A stretch of DNA of 64,000 nucleotides from NCBI GenBank assembly GCA_964016885.1, contig OZ024745.1, positions 78,058,001 to 78,122,000 on the forward strand, written 5' to 3'. Both the position numbers and the translations under genes were made by a program. Positions 41,101 through 52,615 of this stretch are shown piece by piece; position 1 is the stretch's first letter, and the number at the start of each line of letters is the position of its first letter. Source of the DNA: Eledone cirrhosa. Its lineage: Eukaryota. Under the pieces are notes generated by a model. The model was not told the DNA's origin. It worked only from the letters and a program-made list of their open reading frames with translations, and did not search any database.

Positions 41101-42328
41101 TTCATTTTTCTCTTTATAGGTAAGTGACTTAACCTGTCTGATGTTTGGGATATTTGCAAAATTAACGCGTCCGCTGTACCAAAGTCGGTGAATTTACCTA
41201 GTGGTTTTTACTTCTTTTTTTTACTTTATGTGTGTGTATTTTTAATGCAACTATGTGTATATAAGTGTATACGTTTTATTTGTATATAATTCCTAGTCAT
41301 ATATATCTCAAGAAATTATATTAAAATGAATCTATTCTTTTCTTCTTGCCTATATTTCTGTATTTGCTTTCTACACACCTAACTTTTCCCTACTTTGGTT
41401 TGCCTTTTTGTTCTCATATCTGTGTACGTGTGTGTATATCTCAAAATACGTTCTCCAGTAGTTTGTTGATTACAATTTGCATATGCTTAAAATTTAGTTT
41501 CATATACATAAGCAGCATTCATACATTCAGAGTTACAGTTGCAGAGGTAGACAAGATGAGAGACAAACTGATATATAGAAAAACAGCCTGACAGGGATAT
41601 AGACAAAGAGACAAAATGTGGGTTTATAATGTAATTGTTTAATTTGAAAGATGGGTAGATTGTTAAAATACGAGAAGGTAACTAGCTGGATAACATAACA
41701 ACCAGTAATTCTACTTTTGACGTAGCCTAACTAGACAGTCTTTTTAACGTTAAATATTTCCTCATAACTGCATACATAAATCACTTATTAAAATATACAA
41801 GTACACATAAAGATGTATCTTATAATGAAGTTAATACGTTGAAATGTACATATATAAATGAAGAAATGTCCCTTTAAATTCCACTCCCTTAATACGTCGA
41901 TCACACTGCTTCTCACTGCAACCATCAACTGTTATTTCAACCATTAATAAAATGAGAAGTATAAAACAGACAGAGAGAGAGAGAGAGAGAGACATAGGGG
42001 GGGGGGGTAATCGTATATATTGGAGTTGACATTCGAACAATTTCAGTCAGAGTGAGAGAAAATAGTTTGACGATTCCCAAGTATGAATGTAGTATGTTGA
42101 TTATGAATATGCGCCTAAACAATTAGGGTAGTTCATGGAAAATAAGTTTGGATCTGCTGAGAAAGTAAGCGATCCATATTTCATTCGTACTCAATATCAT
42201 GGCATCTGTATTTTTACCATGTAACTATATTTCTCGCTTGTATGCAGACAATAACAAAATAAAAAGGAAAATATTTTTGACTTTTAGGCACTATGACCGA
42301 GTAAATTATTGAGGTAACGATTTAAAAA

Positions 42329-42499
42329 AATTGTTTCTACTTTTGGCACAAGGCCAACAATTACCCAGTGCATTACTGGTACTTTATTTTATCGACCCCG
42401 TAAGGATGAAAGGCAAAGTAAACCTCGGTGGGATTTGAACTCAGAATGGCAAGGACCGTAACTGTATGCGTCAAAGCATGGCGTCCGACTCTCTACCGC
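42329..42499 (-). mobile_element. tRNA-derived SINE
   Basis: Family match, slightly 5'-truncated. Confidence 0.88.
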
Positions 42500-43725
42500 A
42501 AAAATAATAGAGTTCAATCTACTACAGGCAATTTATTGTACTTCTAGTCAGAGCAGCTAATTCTACAGTTTCTTAGGGTTGATGGAATATACATTAGTAT
42601 TCTATCCAGGCAAGCATTTTTTTTTCCTTTGCTCGCCATTTCCCAAAATAGATCTTAGTTCTGCTTCTGTAGCGCCCTGTGTGTGGTGTAATAATAAACT
42701 TATCAGTTGAATTTACGTTTCAAAGATATTTGCAGTATGTAAATGTGTGTCAAATATGAAGTAAATATATCACAAATCGACTTCCCTGCTCTTTCACAAC
42801 GCTCCACTTCTCTCTCTCTCCCTTTTTTATGAAGCTGCGAGACATTATTCGTTAAAACACCTACTGAATTTCCACCATCGTGGTAAAAGTTTAACCAGAA
42901 TATATGCTATAAATTGTATCTATACTATTTTTCTGTTACGGTCTACGTATGTAAGGCCGAAACTATCGGTTTATATTATTAGTAAGACAATTGATTGATA
43001 AACTATGGAACGAAATCGAAGACATAATGGATGCAAATATTTATATTGTTTATATTGTTCACAAAACAGTTAGCTGATAGATATTTTAAATTAACTATGA
43101 TATATTTAGAATCCACATCTCAGTATGACAGCTGCTATATTTCGTTTACTGGAACTTTCAGTTCAAGTCCAGCCAAATATAATTATCTCTAATATGAAAA
43201 TATGAATGTAGTACTGCTTATTAAAATCTGTTGAAGATTTGCCAGCGTTAAGTTAAAATAAAAGGTTAAAGAAAAAGTTTTAAGGCTTAGACTGAGATAG
43301 ATACAGATATTTTATCTATATACTCCATACTGAATATGTAATTGAATTATATATGTAATAATTTACGAGGGCTTCAGCGATGTATAAATGACGAAATAAT
43401 GTTACATGTAACCATTACAGAATCTGGATTTGAGAGAGCTACACTTATTTCCCAAGTTAAAATTTGTAATGGTAATAATATTATATTAATTGTCCTATAC
43501 TTGAATAATAATTTTAGTTTTCAAATCAGTAGACAAATAACATAAGCAGAAATTACTCTGAAATTTGGCCATATTCTATAAACAGATCTCAGAATTAATT
43601 GATATCTATTTTTTATTATTTCGTAATTTTGTATCTCTATTCAGCGTTCTTCAACACGTTTTTATTCCAAACTGCAAATGTCCGTCCCTCGTTTCGAAGA
43701 CCATATCATTTTCTTCCTTATATAT

Positions 43726-43793
<68 letters not shown>

Positions 43794-44462
43794 CCTTTTA
43801 CTAGATCTTGTGTCCTATTTTTAATTCCTTTCCTCTTCTCCAAGCATCAATCATAACAAGTGCGTTATCTTTGATCTAGCAATAAAACAAAATACACACG
43901 TTTTAAAAATGATTTTTATGACATCATACAATAATCATGATCTGAGTTGTTTATTTTCTTTCGAGTTGATAGATATTTCTTATTTCTTTAATAGTTAAGG
44001 ATTGTTCAATTATATGTGACTAAAGTAGATATGTCATCAATGACATAGACATTAAAACAGTTATTGCTAGGGTCTCTTTTAAGACGGTAAACATCTGTCA
44101 GTTTATTGTGCTTTGTACTGCAACTGTATGAGGGATCATAATGTGAGATACTCCATCGAAGCGAACATATTAACTACTGAACCGTACGTGTGTACAGAGG
44201 GGGAGGATGAGAAATGTATGTTTATAGTTAAATATATACCAACGGAAACAGTTATTTATGTTGTGAACAAGGATGAATGAATCTAGCAATGTTTTCATTG
44301 TATAATTCTTACCAAATTCTCGAGTACGCTGTTCAGAAGTAGCTTTTTTTTCTCATTTTTTTTTTTGTAACTTTTAATAAGATATTATTTAGCTGCCCAT
44401 TGACTCCAATTTAGCGCATTTACCATTGAAAATACTAGCAACACTGTTTCAGATTCTAAATC

Positions 44463-44860
44463 CAGACCTACCAACCTCTAAAACTCCAAACGGGGTGTAC
44501 CATGAAAAAGGGTGCCCTAAAACGGGGAGAAATGAGACAAAATGGACAGATTTTACATAATTGTTTCTACTTCTGGCACAAGGCCAGCAATTATCCCAGT
44601 GTATTACTGGTACTTTATTTTATCGACACCGTAAGGATGAAAGGCAAAGTTAACCTCGGCGGGATTTAAACTCAGACCATAAAGGACCGTAATTCTTTGC
44701 TGCAAAGCATGGCGTCCGACCTTCTACCGATACTGCCAATCCACCGCCCGGACAGATTTTACATAATGAAAGCTATATTTTTCACAAAAGAGGATATCTC
44801 GCACCCACCCCAAAGTGGGTGGAAGATCTCCTCACCGGACGGGGAGAGTTGACAGGTCTG
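44463..44860 (+). mobile_element. MITE (same 6-bp-TSD family) interrupted by a SINE
   Basis: cagacctaccaac / gttgacaggtctg; flanks taaatc / taaatt. Confidence 0.85.
44559..44749 (-). mobile_element. tRNA-derived SINE with 18-bp TSD, nested in the MITE
   Basis: ggacagattttacataat at 44544-44561 and 44750-44767. Confidence 0.9.
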
Positions 44861-46287
44861 TAAATTTTGTCGGTATTGACTTCGCTTTCAATGAATTAGC
44901 ACTAAACAAATATATTATTAGAGAATCTCTTACAACAAATGAAGAGATATTTTAAACCACGTTCACAATCTAGTTTTTATTCAATTAACTTATAACCTAA
45001 TCTCTTCAATAAATACTTTGTTTCTGTCTGGCTTTGCATTTCTCTGAATTTATTTTATCGTCTCTGTAAGGATGAAAGGCAAAGCTAACCTCGGCGGAAT
45101 TTTGACTCAGAATGTAAAGGGCCGCAACTGTATGCCACAAAGCATATTGTCCGACGCTCTAACGAATGAATGTGAATATTCTCTTGGACATCATGCTAGT
45201 GTATTATGAGACACTTCCCCAGGAGCAGCTACAGGGGATATGAATTTCTGAAAAACGCCTGCAGTCTTATCCGTCTTTCTGCTTATATCATTCACACAAG
45301 AAATAGATTCAACGATAATTCTACTGAATAAATGGAATAGAGTATTTTGACATTGATTTCCCTTCGTAGGACATTAATAACGTAAAAGATGTAAATCGTT
45401 TGCAGATTGGAATCGAAAGTTTGTGGAGGTTCTTGGTTGAAGTAAGCTGAAGTTTGTTCTTATGCTTATAATACCGAATGCAATTTAATTCATATGAAAT
45501 ATAACTTTCCGAATTTGCTTTTAGTAACCTATAACAAACCACAAAACTGGCTGAAACAAATAAATTAATTGTTGCACACTGCTCCGAGGTGACTGTGCAA
45601 AGTAAGGAAATGATTGGTTACAACTGCGCCTGTGTTAATTGTGTGGGGATTTCTAGCCCCTAGCTAAAGTCTGTTGTATAATGATGCTAAAGGCAACAGG
45701 AAATCTCAGCGAAGCTACGCATATTACTTAATAAGTAACATGGAAGCCACTATTAAGTTCTTGTTGTTTCTGTTGCTTAACCCCTTGCCGTCATATAATC
45801 AAAAAAACATTTCAGTCCTAATCATCCCACCTTATTTGTTTTTCAGACACAGTGTATCTAAGATTACATTTACAAATTTGTTTCTCGTTTTGTTTTGTTT
45901 TCACGTTGGTAGGGGTGGTTTCAAAGAGATAATGCTGCTATTTGTAACAGGTCGAGTGACCATGTAGATATTCCCTCCTTGGTAAATATATAGTTCACGT
46001 TGAGAAAACTGACATTACAAATGCAATACCCCCTTAATGCGCGAAATTGCACGCAACCAAGTTACCTGAAGAAGTAAAGATGCAGCTGTCTGTTTGCCTT
46101 ATATAACTGTTTACATTTTCAATAAATGGCAAGTTTAAAATAATAAATCCTACTGCTTATTGTGTTTAAAATGTCTGCTTATTTTGAAATAAATGCATAT
46201 AGGATTGATTCAGTAGACTGTACTATACATCTGAATATACAGATCTTGATACAAATTTGAAAACATAAATATTACACTCATTATTAC

Positions 46288-46680
46288 GGTGGATTGGCAG
46301 TATCGGTAGAGGGTCGGACGCCAGTCTTTGACGCATAGAGTTACGGCCCTTGCCATTCTCAGTTTAAATCCCGCCGAGGTTAACTTTGCCTTTCATCCTT
46401 ACGGGGTCGATAAAATAAAGTACCAGTAATACACTGGGTAATTGCTGGCCTTGTGCCTATATAAGAAACCATTATTACAATTTACAATAAGGGAGGTGAA
46501 TTGGCAGAAATGTTAGTATCGAATATAATGACTTGCGGTATTTGTTCTAACTCTTTACATTCTGAGTGCAAATCTTGCTGACGGCAACTTTGCCTGTCGT
46601 TTTTCCTGGGTGAATAAAATAAAGTACTAGGGGAGATTTAATCAAATTCGCTTGACTTGTGCCCATCTTAAAATCCATGC
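46288..46680 (+). mobile_element. Young SINE (46288-46477, TSD cattattac) followed by an older diverged SINE
   Basis: Family match; second copy degenerate. Confidence 0.8.
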
Positions 46681-47554
46681 TGTTATTGTTATATAGTCAT
46701 ATGTCATTCTGATCGAGCAGATCAAACGCATTCCAGCCATGACAATCTCAATTTTTAGGTTACCCCATACTATATTATCCAAATATGTACTTGATTAAAC
46801 AGTAGGATATGATTTTAGAAAGATTTAACTGAAATTTTTAACACGTGGAGCACCAACGTAAAAGCCCTACCATTGTTTCGAATTACATTTATGTATTTTT
46901 GGATTGTGCTCACTGCACTCTGTTTCTAACCAGTTGTGGTCACCATCCTTTACCTGCATTTCTTGCTGATTGGTCAGCAGATGGCACTAACTAGCTCTAT
47001 TGTTCCAATTTCGCACCCAGAGTAAGCACTCTGTTAATCTTCTGTTAAGTCAGCACATTTTCTTTCCAGACAAATTGTTCATTTTCTCTCCCCTCTCTCT
47101 CGCTAATTCGTATATATGTGTGTGTGCGTGTGTGTGTGTGTGTGCATGTGTGTGTGTGTGTTATCGTGGTAAATTCTCTATGTTGTATATTTCCTATTCA
47201 ATTTTTACTTACTCGGCTTCTTTTTATCATTTTTCTTCCTTCCGCCTTTTCATCACCCACTCCCTTCCATCTCTGAATCCCTTGTCGGTCGTGTTCACTA
47301 TTTTCGTCTTCTTTTTTTTAATATTATTATTACATTATCAATTCTACATCCAAATGTTTCTGTCTGAGTTTCCGCTTCCCCACCACTAAGCACCGAAAGC
47401 CGCCATCACCGCCATCACCACCATCACAACCAACTCTATCAGCATCAGTCTATTTTGCTTCCAACATTTCTGTATTATACACCCACCCACTACTACACTA
47501 TTTTGTCTTCTGTTTTTCTTTTTACTTTTCTTTTTTGCCGCCTTCTCTCTTACT

Positions 47555-47645
<91 letters not shown>

Positions 47646-47689
47646 CTCTCTCCCCCACCTTACACATTCTTCAATGAACTAAATGTCCT

Positions 47690-47913
47690 ACCGAGCCTTA
47701 AGGGAACAACAACTGTTCTACAGATGGAGACAAACATTTTATTGCACGGAGCGAGGAAGTAGGAATGAAGCAATATTGAGCGGATACACGAAGACTGTAC
47801 TTAACCTGGAGCCGTCAACACCAGAAAGACATATAGAGACACACACATGGGAGCTGACTAACAGCACGTGCTTTCTCTCCTCTTTACTCTTTCTTTTTGT
47901 GACCCTGTGTTCC

Positions 47914-47958
<45 letters not shown>

Positions 47959-48100
47959 CCAAACATCCTCTATTGCCTCTTTTTCTATCTTCAGGTGAAA
48001 AGCTAACGTTCGAAACTTTAGACTCCTTTCCAACTATGTCAAGCGTTAAACTAATATACTATCATTGCGCTCCTCTGTTGTTTCTTATTTGTTGACTATT
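47690..48100 (+). mobile_element. Old Penelope-like pLTR remnant with degenerate hammerhead
   Basis: CAGGTGA-AAAGCTAACGTTC-GAAAC near 47992-48017, after (TC)n tracts. Confidence 0.4.
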
Positions 48101-48118
48101 CGTACATACATACGTACA

Positions 48119-50260
48119 TGGTGGCTGCTAACTCGTTTTCGAGTACGGCCACTACTTTATATCCATGTAGGAGAACCCCTACCGATGCGCTGAACGAGTG
48201 TGACTTTTTAGTCCAGTCAGTGACTTGAAAACTTTGGTACAAACACTACACTTGTGACAATTATTGACACATAGTGCTGGGCCCATGGTACCATGTGACG
48301 ACAAGTGCAGAGAGATCTCCAGATATAAAGCAATGCCTGTGCCGTGAAGCTTTTATAGTGAGAAAAGGCACTGCACAAAGCCAGTCCCACACTCTTAACC
48401 AAGATGATATTTACCAAAGAGAAGAACAAGTCAACATCATTGGATACCATCAGGTTTGCAGGTGTTATATCAGAGTTTTCCTTCTCCTAGAATTCTGCCT
48501 TGACAAAGGCTAAGGGGTCATCTCTCCCGGTGATTTTGGATGGCCATTGACTCTTAAGAGCTCCTTTGCCCTTTGACAGGTTTTGTTTTTAGTCCTGCAG
48601 GATGTCCAAAGTCACCCTCCTCACCAAGAAACCTTGGTGGGGTTGCCAGTTTAGTCGCCAACGACCCGACCATGTGACATAGTTTGTACTGGGATACATG
48701 TTACCAGTAGCACCAACTGGTGACCTGACATACATACATACATACATACATACATACATACATACATACATACATACATACATACATACATGATGGCTGC
48801 CCCCTCGTTATCAAGTATGGGCATTGCACGATATACCATTATTAATAATTATTAATTAATTCCATCGTGCAATGCCTGTGCGTGAAGATATTTTTTAAAG
48901 TGAGGAAAGACTGTGCACTGAGCCAATCCCACTCTCTGAGTGACAGTAGCTATAACCCGAAAAGAAGGAAAGATCAACATCATCGGTAACTACTGAGCCG
49001 CAGGTTTTATAGCGGAGTTATCCCAGTTTCCTGAGTTGCCTTCTACTAGAAGAATGCCCTGACAAAGGTTAGGGGTCCTTCACTCCCAGTGGTTTAACAG
49101 CGCGATGGCTGCCCAGCCCGACTTTTTCTATGTCCTGGCGCATATACATACACATGCACCCATGTATATACACATATACATATACATATTTACACACTTT
49201 TGGATGGCCGTTGACCCTTATGATTTCTTCCGCCCTTTGTCAGGTTTTGTTTTTTGTCCTGCGGGGTGTCCAAAATCACCCTCCTCACCAAATAAACTTG
49301 GTGGGGTTGCCGGTTTAGTCGCCGACGACCCGAGCATGCGACAGGTTGTACTGGGTTACATGTTACCGGTAGCACTCAAGAGTGACCCGACATACATACA
49401 TACATACATACATACATACATACATACATACATACATACATACATACATACATGCATACATGATGGCTGCAACTCGATTTCGAGTAATTCCATCGCTTGA
49501 TACTTAAGCATGAGCATCATGGACGTGGCTTTTTAGTCCTGCTAGGGTCTTGCCTATGGCCAGCAATACATGTCACATATCAAGTGATGCCTGTGCTTGA
49601 AGCTTTTTTAAGTGAGGAAAGGCTTTGCAAGGGGCCAATCCCACTCTCTGAACATCGAATGAATTTGTCCAAAAAGAAAAACTGCTCTACATCATCGAAT
49701 GCAAACGAAGTCGCAGGTTTTGTATCAGAGTGACGTTCTCCTAGGGAGATATCTTAATGAAGACTAGGAGTCTCTCGCTCCACAAAAAAAGGAGACTTTA
49801 TTGGATGGTCATTGATTCTCCTGAGTTCCTCCGCCCTTTGACGGGTTTTGTTTTTCATCCTGCAGGGTGTCCAAAATAACCCTCCTCACCATGCAAGCAT
49901 ACATACATACATACATACATACATACATACATACATGGTGGCTGCCAACTCGTTTTCGAGTACGGCCACTACTTTATATCCATGTAGGAGAACCCCTACC
50001 GATGCGCTGAACGAGTGTGACTTTTTAGTCTAGCCAGCGACGTGAAAACTCTGGTACAAACACTACACTTGTGACAATTATTGACACATAGTGCTGGGCC
50101 CATGTTACCATGTGACGACAAGTGCAGAGAGATCTCCAGATATAAAGCAATGCCTGTGCCGTGAAGCTTTTATAGTGAGCAAGGCACTGCACAAAGCCAG
50201 TCCCACTCTCTTAACCAAGATGATATTTACCAAAAAGAAGAACAAGTCAACATCATTGGA
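48119..50260 (-). mobile_element. Tandem nest of four non-autonomous retroelements with (TATG)n tails (48119-48728, 48791-49390, 49461-49890, 49936-50260)
   Basis: Colinear diverged units, all ending GCAGCCA(C/T)CATG(TATG)n on the minus strand; RTE-5'UTR-like motif GGAGAAGGAAAACTCTGAT; separated by (CATA)n. Confidence 0.75.
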
Positions 50261-50277
50261 TACATACATACATACAT

Positions 50278-50725
50278 AGGAGAATTTTTATGCAGAACTG
50301 ATGAGAAATCTGCAGATACTCCACCCTGATTACACCTTCAGATTTATGCCTGTGATCATTGGGGCACTGGGATATGTTAGTAACTGCCTCAATACAAATC
50401 TTGAGAAGCTAGGCTTCACAGGAACAGAAAGAACACAACTTGTTAGGAAACTACAAGTACAATCCATTAATGGAACATTAAAATATGTAAAACATTCCAA
50501 AAAGTTTGCATCTAATAACTGCATATACACATGTACAGATACAAAGCATATACACATGCACACATACAACTCAAAACATCCACATCCACACATACAATAA
50601 CATCCATATCTACACATGCATGCATACATACATATCTACCTAGTTGATGTTGTGTAAATTCCAATGAGAGAGTCTTGTGTCTATGTTAGAAACCGACTCT
50701 CGCTCTATTGGTAAAACCAGAAGAA
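50278..50725 (+). mobile_element. 5'-truncated R4/Dong-like LINE (restriction-like endonuclease C-terminus plus 3'UTR) inside (CATA)n
   Basis: YAELMRNLQILHP...FMPVIIGALGYV..CL..NLEKLG...KLQVQSINGT; terminal hairpin at 50661-50711; CATA repeats on both sides. Confidence 0.7.
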
Positions 50726-50755
50726 CATACATACATACATACATACATACATACA

Positions 50756-50790
<35 letters not shown>

Positions 50791-51342
50791 GTGCTCCTCT
50801 AATTGCGAAGAGGATATATTCTTTATGTATGTAAGGCCAAATATTCATAAGTTCAACACTGTTCTTGTGAATACTGAATAATCTATACCAGGTCTTCCCA
50901 AAGATAGGGTTGCGTAAATATTCAGATTCATTAGGGAATTTGAGAAATGTATCTTTTTATTTCATATTCTAGTTTTTACTTCCCTTTTACCAGTCACTGA
51001 CTTGATTACTTAGTAGGGATGTTGGTGGCAGTAATATTGGATTTGTTTGAAGGGTGACGATGTTCGTAAAGATGAGATGTCATCGGGGCTTGAGGAATAA
51101 GGGACTGATAATCGCTTTAAATGTTGTTACACTAAGTCCCTATAAATTTGTAGAAAGCAATTATCGTGAAACGAATTGCTACAGAACCTTTTTTATGAAG
51201 CGTAATATGGTCTTCGTTCTTTAAAATTATTGCTACAGTAGAACGATACATCCATGTGCATCTGTTTATGTTCACCATTTTCTTACTTATTTCTTTTTAT
51301 ACTGTCCGCTTTGCTGTCCATGCTAATGATCACCATTAGCAA

Positions 51343-51675
51343 TCTCTATATAAATTTGAGCGACTTCAACCGCCCGTCAGAGAATGTGTGTGTGGGGGGG
51401 GGGGGGGGGGGGGTTAAAAGGAAGGAAGGGCATGGTGAAAAAACTATAGTAAAACACCGACTGGCGATATGCTACGCTGTGTGTGAGTGTAGGTGTATGT
51501 ATGTGTGTATGTTTGTGTAAATGTATGTGTGAGTTTGTTTGTGTTAATATATGTCTGTAGGTGTGTGTTTGCGCGTTTATATTCATATACTCATACATAT
51601 AAACGTATGCATATGCACATACACACACGCACGCACGTATACACATATGCCTCAGCGGGTTGAAAAGAATCCTAG
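51343..51675 (+). mobile_element. Non-autonomous Helitron-like element (family H2)
   Basis: A|TC start, CTAG|T end, no TSD; subterminal inverted motif ttcaaccgc / gcgggttgaa; homologous to 23996-24349. Confidence 0.7.
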
Positions 51676-51893
51676 TTTACAAAAAAAAGCTACAAATATC
51701 AACGAATAACAACATGATGTCACAGAGAGACAACATCAATTGCATTATCTCATGCCGTCTTTTGTGAGGCAGTTGAAATCCCAAGCCAACGCGACGTTCA
51801 AAATAGACATTTACATTACATTTGTTCGTATTTCTGAATGTTCGTAATCTGAACGTGCGTTCGTCGACGAGCGCCTCTCACTATTTATATATA

Positions 51894-51990
51894 CATGGTG
51901 TCCCGAAAAAATGTATACACAAAGGCTGTGCATTCTAATAAATATTGTCCGAACATCTAAGTGTGTATATAATTTTGGGGGACACCCTAT
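51894..51990. mobile_element. Miniature Tc1/mariner-type MITE
   Basis: CATGGTGTCCCGAAAAAATGTATACAC ... GTGTATATAATTTTGGGGGACACCCT in a TA context. Confidence 0.7.
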
Positions 51991-52064
51991 ATATATACAT
52001 ATATATAACCCCGACGGCAGAGCTCAAGCTGTTTCGACGGCTATTTCATCCAGAAATAGCCGTC

Positions 52065-52130
<66 letters not shown>

Positions 52131-52132
<2 letters not shown>

Positions 52133-52367
52133 TTGGAACCTCGGAGCACGAATGCCTCTCATCACAAACAAATGGGGTCACGAACAATTTTTCATCACTT
52201 GCTGTGTAGTTAGTTACAATAATGATATCTATCTGTCTTTCACACGCATTCTCTCTCCGAATTTCTCTGTCAACATTTCTCATGGGAAAATAGTTTCCGT
52301 TTACGAGAATTTCAGGTGACGAATGGCCTTCGGGAACAAGTTAAGTTCGTGAGCCGAGGTTACACAG

Positions 52368-52369
<2 letters not shown>
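52131..52369. mobile_element. Tigger/pogo-like MITE
   Basis: Ends TGGAACCTCGG ... CCGAGGTTACACAG with internal ACGAA/TTCGT motifs; TA-rich right flank. Confidence 0.6.
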
Positions 52370-52397
<28 letters not shown>

Positions 52398-52398
<1 letters not shown>

Positions 52399-52579
52399 AA
52401 TTGTTTCTACTATTGGCACAAGGCCAGCAATTACCCAGTGCATTACTGGTACTTTATTTTATCGACCCCGTAAGGATGAAAGGCAAAGTTAACCTCTGCA
52501 GGATTTGAACTCAGAATGGAAAGGGCCGTAACTCTATGCGTCAAAGCATGGCGTCCGACCCTCCACCGATACTGCCAAT
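52398..52579 (-). mobile_element. tRNA-derived SINE
   Basis: Family match. Confidence 0.9.
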
Positions 52580-52615
52580 TCAATGTGTGTGTATGTGTGT
52601 ATATATATATGTATA

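Noticed and set aside
48640-48728. HDV-like ribozyme at the 5' end of the TATG-tailed units
   Set aside because: Partial pairings exist (CCGGT/ACCGG, GG..CTAA), but P1/P3/L3 spacing could not be made to fit the HDV fold by eye
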